Part shown: one piece after another, positions 7,549 through 14,658 of the stretch
How the letters are laid out: every line of letters begins with the position of its first letter
How positions within the stretch are numbered: position 1 is the stretch's first letter
From: an uncultured archaeon
Lineage (GTDB): Archaea > Asgardarchaeota > Heimdallarchaeia > Heimdallarchaeales > Heimdallarchaeaceae
NCBI GenBank assembly: GCA_964534625.1
Contig: CAZHRF010000055.1
Location: 1 to 14,658, forward strand
Reading direction: 5' to 3'
DNA length: 14,658 bases
The notes under the pieces: model-generated
Seen by the model: the letters and a program-made list of their open reading frames with translations, nothing else
Databases searched by the model: none
What the model was told of the DNA's origin: nothing
Position numbers and translations under genes: made by a program

Positions 7549-9353
7549 ACCATTACCTCCTCTAGTCCTTTTTCTTTCAACCTATAGTATTTAGAATTAC
7601 GATCTCGCTCCAAATCCTCTCTTTTGCCATATTCTATTATCTGTCCTTCAGCCAAAAGAGCTATGGCATCTACTTTATCTAAGGTTTCTAATCGATGGGC
7701 TATAATTATTGCAGTACGATCTTTTAGTAGATGATCAATAGCGGATTCTAACATTCTTTCTGTCGCAGGATCTATTCTTGATGAAGCCTCGTCCATAATA
7801 ACAATGGAAGGATCCTTCAAAAAAGCCCTAGTAAGTGCAAGAAGTTGGGCTTCACCAGCGGATAGCCCTTCTTTACCAGCATTTAACTCTGTATCTAAAC
7901 CTTGTTTTAAGCGTTCCAACCATGGCTGTAACTTTAGTTTTTCAATCACCGAAAGAATTTTTTCATCAGTTACTTCTTGATTAAAAAAAGTGATGTTATC
8001 TCTGACAGTTGCATTAAAAAGCTGGACATTTTGGGTGATATAAGCAATATTACCCCTAAGCTCTTTTAATGGTATATCTCTAATATCTGTATTATTAATC
8101 AAGATTTGACCTGCATCGGGATCATATAGCCTGAAAATCATCCTTGAAAGAGTGGTTTTGCCACAACCTGTCGAACCTACAAGACCAATTTTTTCTTTAT
8201 TTTCTATTCCCAGAGTAATATGTTTTAATACTGGTTCATCCTTTTTATACTGAAATTGTACATTGCTAATGGAGATACTTGCATTATGTTTAGGAAAGTC
8301 TTTCTCTCCTTTATCAATCAATTTAGAAGTATATCCAAAGAGTTCATTGATTCGTTTAATGGATCCTCCTGCTTCTTGAAAATTTTGCATTTGTCTAGTA
8401 ATTTGTAAAATGGGCCAATAGAGCATTTCCGAGTATAAAAGTATGAGAAATATAGTTCCCAATGTTATTTCCCCACGATTTAATAGGGGAATTGAAGGGA
8501 CAAAGACAAGTGTTGTCATCAATGCAAGAAAGTTCCATAAAATAAGAATAAACACCAATCTCCTTTTTTCCGCTTTGAAATTAAAGTTTACTAGTTCCTC
8601 AGCTTTCTGATAATAGGTGTTCATAACAAACTTTTCTCCACCTGTGCCTTTAATATCTTCTTTTCCTTTTAGTATCTCTTCTATATGTCCATATACCTCA
8701 GCTGATTTTTGCCTAACTTTTTTGAAAGCTGTTACACTAAAATTACGGGCATAATAAATCGCAATAGATGAAATGAGAACAAAACAAGTGAAAGTCACAC
8801 CGAAAATCCAATGCTCTAGATATAGTGATATTAACACACCAACAACCATAAAAAAGGAAGAAATTAATCTCAAACTAAAAGATGAAAAAAAGTTTGCGAG
8901 AGAAGAAACATCTCCATCGACTCTTTCAATCATTTCTCCGGGTTTATATTTATTATGGAAACTCATATCCAAATATAAACAGTGCTCAGTTAGATCATAG
9001 CGCAATTTATTTGTTGTTGCCCACGCTAAATCTTGTGAAACATAAACAGATGCAACACCTATCAAATACTGAGCTGAGAAGAGAACAACATAGGCTATTG
9101 CCAAACCAGTTAATATATTATATTCGTCTGGTATAATGCCGATAAACCATTCAATTAATCTTGTTGTAGTATACTCGTCTTCCAAAATGATGTCTATATA
9201 CGCTTGTATTAAACGGGGGTTAAAAATGCGTAAGATAATATCTACTAATATACCAACCAATAAGAATACTGTTTTATTTTTGAATTGTGAGACATATTTG
9301 ACTAGAAGTTTTAATTTTTCCGAATCAAATATTCTCTCACGAATGGTACTCAT
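7545..9353 (-). CDS. ABC exporter half-transporter (TMD-NBD), subunit with catalytic Glu and deviant signature
   Basis: TMD with GEMIERVDGDV segment; Walker A GSTGCGKTT; signature LSAGEAQ; Walker B IVIMDE; H-switch IAHR. Confidence 0.95.
   Translation of the reverse strand: MSTIRERIFDSEKLKLLVKYVSQFKNKTVFLLVGILVDIILRIFNPRLIQAYIDIILEDEYTTTRLIEWFIGIIPDEYNILTGLAIAYVVLFSAQYLIGVASVYVSQDLAWATTNKLRYDLTEHCLYLDMSFHNKYKPGEMIERVDGDVSSLANFFSSFSLRLISSFFMVVGVLISLYLEHWIFGVTFTCFVLISSIAIYYARNFSVTAFKKVRQKSAEVYGHIEEILKGKEDIKGTGGEKFVMNTYYQKAEELVNFNFKAEKRRLVFILILWNFLALMTTLVFVPSIPLLNRGEITLGTIFLILLYSEMLYWPILQITRQMQNFQEAGGSIKRINELFGYTSKLIDKGEKDFPKHNASISISNVQFQYKKDEPVLKHITLGIENKEKIGLVGSTGCGKTTLSRMIFRLYDPDAGQILINNTDIRDIPLKELRGNIAYITQNVQLFNATVRDNITFFNQEVTDEKILSVIEKLKLQPWLERLKQGLDTELNAGKEGLSAGEAQLLALTRAFLKDPSIVIMDEASSRIDPATERMLESAIDHLLKDRTAIIIAHRLETLDKVDAIALLAEGQIIEYGKREDLERDRNSKYYRLKEKGLEEVMV
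7555..7560 (-). promoter_or_regulatory. Shine-Dalgarno site and ATGA translational coupling of the ABC pair
   Basis: GGAGGT on minus strand 6 nt before ATG 7548; stop and start overlap as ATGA at 7545-7548. Confidence 0.75.
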
Positions 9354-9387
9354 AGTTTTTAACCCTAAAAAATTTGACTAGGATGGG

Positions 9388-9466
9388 TATAAAAGTCATA
9401 TGATAAAAAACAATTAGACTAAGGATAATGATAAATAGAGTAAAATGTGGGAAAATAATTTAAATA
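9388..9466. promoter_or_regulatory. Divergent promoter region (ABC operon / 696-aa gene)
   Basis: CTTTTATA on minus strand (9388-9395) upstream of ATG 9353; TTTAAATA on plus strand (9459-9466) upstream of ATG 9488. Confidence 0.5.
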
Positions 9467-9487
9467 GTAATTGGAATAAGGATAATT

Positions 9488-11578
9488 ATGAGTTCTGAAT
9501 TTGATGTCAAGGAACATATTAACAGTTTGAAAAAAAAGTTGCAAGAGCGATTAAACCTTGAAAGTACTGTTGAACGCTACATTAAATTGTTTCCCACAAG
9601 ATTAGAAGAATATCAATCTATATATAGTTTAGACAAATATAATACAGCTTTTTGTCTGTACATGGCAGATTATTTATTGACTAGTACAGAGTTACCTGGG
9701 ATAGAAAAAGAAGAACGTATAAATAATATTTTTAGTTTGATGATAACTGGCAATAATAAGGCAAAAATAGATTATGAAACACAAATAACGCTAGTTGAAT
9801 TATGCCAAAAATTATTGCAAAAAATAATTAATCATGTGAAGTATCAATATAATAAAGGTATTCCCTTTGCTATAATTAAAGTTCAAATTATTGATACTTG
9901 GCTAAGAGAATTTTTTTCCATGTTAGGTGAGTTTTTACCTGACTCAGATATTCGCTGGATCTTAACAATACTTATTTGTCTGTATAATAAGCGCATACCG
10001 TTTCAAATTTATGAAAATCTACAGCAAGAGCTTGATATCAACTCATTTAATCCCTATACTAATTACTTTATTGGCGATTATTTAGTAGACAAACTTGATT
10101 TAACACAAGAGATAAATCAAGATGATTATGTCTCAAAAACAGCATATAACATACAAATGAAAAATCAGATGGGATTTCTTCTTTTCAAAGAGAATGATAA
10201 AATACGAATTGGACACCATGGATTTGATTTAAAAACTGATGAAAAGATAAATCAAGTAATTTCCGCTCTTTTTTCAAATATACCAGTTACAGAGGGCGAA
10301 CGAAGCCAAGTTACATTAAACTATTACCATTCATATATATCACTTCTTCCGGTTGAAACAAGAAAAAACCTTTTTCTATGCCACGAAGAACGAGATCAAT
10401 GTCAAATTGCTTTGGTAATCATAACATCCTCAATAGAAGATGTTGATTATACTTTTCTTAAAAATTTATTAAAGCGTCACTTATATGATGCTTGCTACTA
10501 TACACAGCATTATCCTCAACAATTAGAAGAAAAATTTAATGATTGGATTCAACGTGCTCTAATCGCTCAACTTTTTCAAGGTGCGGAGACTTTTAGATCA
10601 AGTTTTGATACTCAAAGGAGCAAAGAATGGGAACTAGATGCACTCATTAAAGCGCGAAAAATGGAAGGGTACGAAAATATCTCTTTTTATTCTAAACTTT
10701 TAGATCGAAATAAAATTGAGGAATTGATTAAAAAATTAGTTACATTTAATAAATTTATTCACCAGCTTATTGATACAGGTAAGGATATTGTCCCTGATGA
10801 TAGCGCATTTGAAATTCTCCCTTCTGAGGTGTTTCTTGAAAATGAACCTGAAGAAGATGCAAAATTAACCCTTTTTAACATCTCTAAAAACCAGATGGCT
10901 GGAATTGTATTTCAAGCCCTACATAAAATGGCTGAGCGATATATTCATAGAAAGAGTAACACAATGAGCCGTAAATTAGCTTTGTCAAAAGTTCGTTTAT
11001 TAAATAACAAGCAAACTGTTGATTTTGAGGATTGGATTATCAAAAATCTTAATTTTAAAAAACTCGAACATGAATATGCAACACATTCAGCAACGATGAA
11101 TTTACGTGAGGAATTAGCTGGTAAGAAGGAGAAAAAACAACAAGAAGCGATAATTACAAGTGTTTCAGTTTCAAGTAGATTACAGGAAATAGAAAAAAAG
11201 AAAAATATTCAATTAGAAATTCAAAAACTAATCTTTAATTATATTTGTGAAACAATGTTATCAAACATGAAAATTGATATTCTAGAAGATCCAAAAATGC
11301 ATGAGTTTTTTACTCCTGAATATAGGCAAGAAGTCATGATTAATGCAAAAAGAGAGATCGAGCATATATTGAGTAAATATAACGTACGTTCATTGCCCGA
11401 TCGTTTAGGCTTCAGATTACAAGAAGTGGTTGAAAGCATTGATAAATACTTTAATCAAGAACTTAAAGAAGGATTGTTTAAATTGCAGTCTATTGAAAGA
11501 GATTTGACAAGATTAAGCTTGAAAGAGCTTCAAGAGATTAAAGAAAAAATGGCTAATCAAGAAACAAACCAGATGTAA
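9488..11578 (+). CDS. Hypothetical cytoplasmic protein; helical N-terminus, central alpha/beta (possibly longin/uDENN-like) segment, coiled-coil-like C-terminus
   Basis: 696-aa open frame, no signal peptide or clear TM segment; E/K/Q/L-rich C-terminal third. Domain call is pattern-based only. Confidence 0.85.
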   Translation: MSSEFDVKEHINSLKKKLQERLNLESTVERYIKLFPTRLEEYQSIYSLDKYNTAFCLYMADYLLTSTELPGIEKEERINNIFSLMITGNNKAKIDYETQITLVELCQKLLQKIINHVKYQYNKGIPFAIIKVQIIDTWLREFFSMLGEFLPDSDIRWILTILICLYNKRIPFQIYENLQQELDINSFNPYTNYFIGDYLVDKLDLTQEINQDDYVSKTAYNIQMKNQMGFLLFKENDKIRIGHHGFDLKTDEKINQVISALFSNIPVTEGERSQVTLNYYHSYISLLPVETRKNLFLCHEERDQCQIALVIITSSIEDVDYTFLKNLLKRHLYDACYYTQHYPQQLEEKFNDWIQRALIAQLFQGAETFRSSFDTQRSKEWELDALIKARKMEGYENISFYSKLLDRNKIEELIKKLVTFNKFIHQLIDTGKDIVPDDSAFEILPSEVFLENEPEEDAKLTLFNISKNQMAGIVFQALHKMAERYIHRKSNTMSRKLALSKVRLLNNKQTVDFEDWIIKNLNFKKLEHEYATHSATMNLREELAGKKEKKQQEAIITSVSVSSRLQEIEKKKNIQLEIQKLIFNYICETMLSNMKIDILEDPKMHEFFTPEYRQEVMINAKREIEHILSKYNVRSLPDRLGFRLQEVVESIDKYFNQELKEGLFKLQSIERDLTRLSLKELQEIKEKMANQETNQM

Positions 11579-11680
11579 GTAAAATAGAATATCTCTCACA
11601 AAACAAGCATCTAAAAAGGTCTAGTGTATTTTTAAAAATGGTTCAGAAATATATTTAAAACAGCTTAACCATTAAAAGAT

Positions 11681-12346
11681 ATGAAAAAAATAGAAGTACA
11701 AAAGCAACTTAAAATCGTTGTTTTTATTATGATGCTAGTGATCCTTGCTACAATCTCTCTAGCTTGGATATTCTACCCTGAACCTTATGATCCCATAAAC
11801 CAGTATATTAGTGACTTAGGTGCTCTCAAAAGCATATCATCTTTAGACAATACCGCGTCTATGATCATAATGGCAATAGGATTTGGTTTAACATCGCTTA
11901 TAGGATTAGTCATAACTTTTGCCTATGTTAAATTCAAAGAATTAGAGTATAAACCAGTAAAGTTTTTCTGGGCATTTTCAATGGCAATAGGTAGTGTATT
12001 TGTAGCAATTCCCAAAGATAGCGTTTACTATCCATTACATTATTTTGGTGCGTTTACTTTCATTATCAGTTTTGCTATTTTGAATGTAGTTTGGCAAACA
12101 TACCACTTTTACAGAGAGCACGATACGGGTTATGGTGAATTGAAACCTGCTGATGAAGGATTAGGACAGTTTATGGACTTTTTAATGGTCTTCTTGGTCT
12201 TTCTAAGTATTATTATCTATTTGTCTGTATTTGTTTTAGAACAAATAGATATTAGACATGAAATAATAACTGGTGCTCTAACCCAAAAAATTGTTTTAGG
12301 GTCGTGTATTCTCGCAGTACTCGTACTTGACCGCGAGGATATGTGA
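11681..12346 (+). CDS. Integral membrane protein, DUF998 (Frag1/DRAM-like clan) type
   Basis: About six hydrophobic segments; YDPINQYISDLGA after TM1 and a His at the start of TM4 (PLHYFGA), as in DUF998 proteins; TTTAAAA at 11654-11660 upstream. Confidence 0.75.
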   Translation: MKKIEVQKQLKIVVFIMMLVILATISLAWIFYPEPYDPINQYISDLGALKSISSLDNTASMIIMAIGFGLTSLIGLVITFAYVKFKELEYKPVKFFWAFSMAIGSVFVAIPKDSVYYPLHYFGAFTFIISFAILNVVWQTYHFYREHDTGYGELKPADEGLGQFMDFLMVFLVFLSIIIYLSVFVLEQIDIRHEIITGALTQKIVLGSCILAVLVLDREDM

Positions 12347-12415
12347 ATACTTTTTATTCTTTTTGCACATTATGACATAAATATGTTCAAATAGACGAAA
12401 TAAGAAGTTGACACT

Positions 12416-13108
12416 ATGGTAGTAATAATAGGTACAACTATAAATAGGGGGGATTTCTCTTTAGAATTGGATAATTTAACAGATGTCACTAGAATTTCAT
12501 TAGAAGACTCTAAACTTGTTTCTTTAGATATTTCAGCCTTATCACACTGTACAAACTTAGAAGAATTAAATATTGGCTGGAATATGCTAAAACAGCTAGA
12601 TTTGAGCCCGTTAACCAAATGTACAAAACTTAAAAAATTATTACTGAACAATAATAATCTTTGCCAGATAAATCTTTCTCCACTTGGAAAATGTCTCCAA
12701 CTCAAAGAAGTTAATCTAGCTGATAACCACATAGAGCAAATAGATTTAAGTCCTTTAAGTAACTGTAAAAACCTCTTTTATTTGAATTTGGCAGCGAATG
12801 AACTAACTACTATTGATGTAAGCCCTATTGCAAATCATTCATTGGAAATCCTTTCTTTGAAATTAAATAACTTAGAAGAAATTGATTTATCGCCTTTTAG
12901 TTCTTGTTTACAGTTGAAAAAACTATATTTAGATAGTAACCAGATCTATGAACTAACGTTAAACCCGCTTGGAGAATGTGAACAACTCCAGAAACTATCA
13001 ATCGATGATAAAGTCATCCTCATATGGCTCGATGAAGCTAGCTTTCCTGAAGAAAACTTACCTTCTGCATTGAAAGAACTAGCACATAGAATAATAATAA
13101 CAGAATAA
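12416..13108 (+). CDS. Leucine-rich repeat protein
   Basis: About seven 24-residue repeats, consensus L..IDLSPL..C..L..L.L..N (e.g. MLKQLDLSPLTKCTKLKKLLLNNN; HIEQIDLSPLSNCKNLFYLNLAAN); one repeat is 23 aa. Confidence 0.95.
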   Translation: MVVIIGTTINRGDFSLELDNLTDVTRISLEDSKLVSLDISALSHCTNLEELNIGWNMLKQLDLSPLTKCTKLKKLLLNNNNLCQINLSPLGKCLQLKEVNLADNHIEQIDLSPLSNCKNLFYLNLAANELTTIDVSPIANHSLEILSLKLNNLEEIDLSPFSSCLQLKKLYLDSNQIYELTLNPLGECEQLQKLSIDDKVILIWLDEASFPEENLPSALKELAHRIIITE

Positions 13109-13290
13109 AAGATGTCGAGAGAGAAATGAATAAGTTAAGGCTATTTTTTACTGAGTTTCTTTTTGAGAAGAATAAATGCCATGGATGAAAAGAAGGGCAG
13201 TACCTATCAACTTTACAATAAAAATAAACTCTCTCTCAAATATCGTTAAAACAATTCCTTTTATCCCTCCTTAATCAAATATTCGCCATA

Positions 13291-13298
13291 TTTAAATA
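13291..13298 (+). promoter_or_regulatory. Putative TATA box of the zinc finger gene
   Basis: TTTAAATA 28 nt upstream of ATG 13327. Confidence 0.55.
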
Positions 13299-13326
13299 GC
13301 AACATCTATATGGTTTTGATGGTAGA

Positions 13327-14019
13327 ATGAAATTAATTCTAAACGAAAGTGATTTTGGGTTTTACATCACCACACATGATTTTAAATTGCATAATATACA
13401 AGAGGACATACCTGAAGGCGCATTCATTGTCCTTAAAGAAAAAGAGGAAATTGAAGATCTCGGTAGAACGGTAATTCAAACATCTTATGGATACATTGAA
13501 AATGACACTTATTACGACACAGACAAACGTACATTATCAGAGATGATCTCAAAAAAGGTAGTAGAATATATAGCCAAAAGGGGAACAGTTCCTTATAAAA
13601 TCAATCTTAAGAAAGAACTAAAGGAAAATAAACCAGTTTATCTTTTATGGGATATAAATGAATATGATCAATTTCATCTTAAGATTACTGATATGATGCT
13701 AGGTGAAGGTAACACCGCTTATGAGACTTTTAAAGAATTATTTAAGCAAAATAAAATCGCCAAAGTAGACGAATCAATTGATCCTTGGAAAGTAGAGTAT
13801 GCCAAATCAGGTAGATCCACATGTAGATCTTGTAACAAAAAAATCGCAAAGGATGCAGTACGATTAGGTGAACCTAGTTATTTTCAAGGGCATGTATCCT
13901 ATAAATGGCACCACGAAGATTGCGCGAATTATATTACCATACAATCTATTGAAAATTTAGAAGGCTTAGAAGATTTGGAAAAAGAAGATAAAGAGAGAAT
14001 AGAAGCTAAATTAGCTTAA
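13327..14019 (+). CDS. PARP-type (PARP1/DNA ligase III) zinc finger protein with an unrecognised N-terminal domain
   Basis: C-terminal WKVEYAKSGRSTCRSCNKKI…RLG…WHHEDC…LEGLEDLEKEDKERI; CCHC ligands C166, C169, H196, C199. Confidence 0.93.
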   Translation: MKLILNESDFGFYITTHDFKLHNIQEDIPEGAFIVLKEKEEIEDLGRTVIQTSYGYIENDTYYDTDKRTLSEMISKKVVEYIAKRGTVPYKINLKKELKENKPVYLLWDINEYDQFHLKITDMMLGEGNTAYETFKELFKQNKIAKVDESIDPWKVEYAKSGRSTCRSCNKKIAKDAVRLGEPSYFQGHVSYKWHHEDCANYITIQSIENLEGLEDLEKEDKERIEAKLA

Positions 14020-14041
14020 TACTTCCAAATTGGTTAAATAA

Positions 14042-14070
14042 TTGATGAAGGCAACAACATCAAATTTTTT
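14042..14070 (+). terminator. Putative terminator after the zinc finger gene
   Basis: Stem ttgatg (14042-14047) / catcaa (14058-14063) followed by T6 (14065-14070). Confidence 0.45.
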
Positions 14071-14300
14071 CCTTAATCTTCCTATTATTTTATGGTGTAT
14101 GAGATGATCAATTAATTTAACTAAAAACAGGTCATAGTCATAGCACTAAAATTAGATGACAGAAGGGAGGTGACAGAAGAGAGATGATTAACTTTGACTA
14201 TTACAGCAGAAAAGTAAAAGTAGTGATTTAGCCTTTATTTCTAAAAAAGCTATTACTTTACTAAGAAAATATAAATAGCCATAAAATATACACATCTACT

Positions 14301-14494
14301 ATGAATTATATTACAAAAAACTTGTTATTTTTATAGAGATAGTACTAATAACCACCTTGATTTTTTCTATTATGATTAATGTCAAACCTACTAAAGTTGG
14401 TATAGAAAAGACTGAAAACAATCTAAAAACAATAATGCAAGATAAAAGGGAAAATTGTCATTATCTGGCAATTTACCCTCATATTTCTGGTTGA
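14301..14494 (+). pseudogene. Frameshifted, truncated N-terminus of a secreted/membrane protein
   Basis: TATAAATA (14270-14277) precedes ATG 14301; frame stops after 11 codons, but one extra A in the A6 run (14315-14320) gives MNYITKKLVIFIEIVLITTLIFSIMINVKPT…, a signal-peptide-like start, ending at TGA 14492-14494. Confidence 0.4.
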
Positions 14495-14658
14495 TTCTAC
14501 TGTTATCACAACTGCAGAATTAATTTTAACCAAAATAATAAGCAATGTGTCAAAAAATAAGCGAGGAACAGTTTTTGGTCTACATGATTTTGCTTCTAAT
14601 ATAGGAAATATAATAGGACCAGTTTTTGGAGGTTTTTTATGGGATATTTATTATAAAC
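14436..14658 (+). pseudogene. 5'-truncated MFS transporter fragment (runs off window)
   Basis: Frame opens after TAA 14433-14435 with no ATG: …LIFLVDSTVITTAELILTKIISNVSKNKRGTVFGLHDFASNIGNIIGPVFGGFLWDIYYK; RG…G……G..IGP..GG.L.D is a typical MFS helix motif. Confidence 0.75.

Noticed and set aside
5725-9353. Peptidase-containing (PCAT/RaxB-type) transporter call
   Set aside because: Neither half has an N-terminal C39 domain; both are about 600 aa and start directly with the TMD.
8773-9381. Three short + strand ORFs (8773..9000, 8882..9136, 9136..9381)
   Set aside because: Antisense to the ABC transmembrane domain; no motifs.
11239-11439. 66-aa - strand ORF
   Set aside because: Antisense shadow of the 696-aa gene.
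12370-12732. 120-aa - strand ORF
   Set aside because: Antisense to the well-supported LRR gene.
12510-13010. Roughly 72-bp periodicity as a CRISPR array or DNA repeat
   Set aside because: Explained by degenerate protein-level LRR repeats; no identical repeats with unique spacers.
13117-13237. gagagaga / tctctctc inverted pair as possible MITE ends
   Set aside because: Only 8 bp of low-complexity dinucleotide match; no target-site duplication identified.

Overview
AT-rich window with archaeal-style promoters (TTTA[A/T]ATA boxes about 20-35 nt before several ATGs, suggesting short-leader or leaderless mRNAs). The gene types (tandem Lrp/AsnC regulator, 24-aa 'DLSPL' LRR protein, PARP-type zinc finger protein, possible longin-like domain) suggest an Asgard archaeon, possibly Heimdallarchaeia; this is an inference. 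From left to right: a secreted S8 subtilase with FN3 and Ig-like domains, a divergent secreted Ca-motif protein plus double-HTH regulator, a PAPS-type sulfotransferase, a 670-bp gap hiding an unannotated reading frame interrupted only by two TGA codons, a heterodimeric ABC exporter with one degenerate ATP site, a 696-aa unknown protein, a DUF998-like membrane protein, an LRR protein, a zf-PARP protein, and a decayed right end (frameshifted secreted-protein start and a 5'-truncated MFS fragment). No rRNA, tRNA, CRISPR array or transposase was seen. The most speculative system-level lead is sulfotransferase + divergent small ORF carrying an EEIDDY motif + ABC exporter, resembling a sulfotyrosine-peptide locus.
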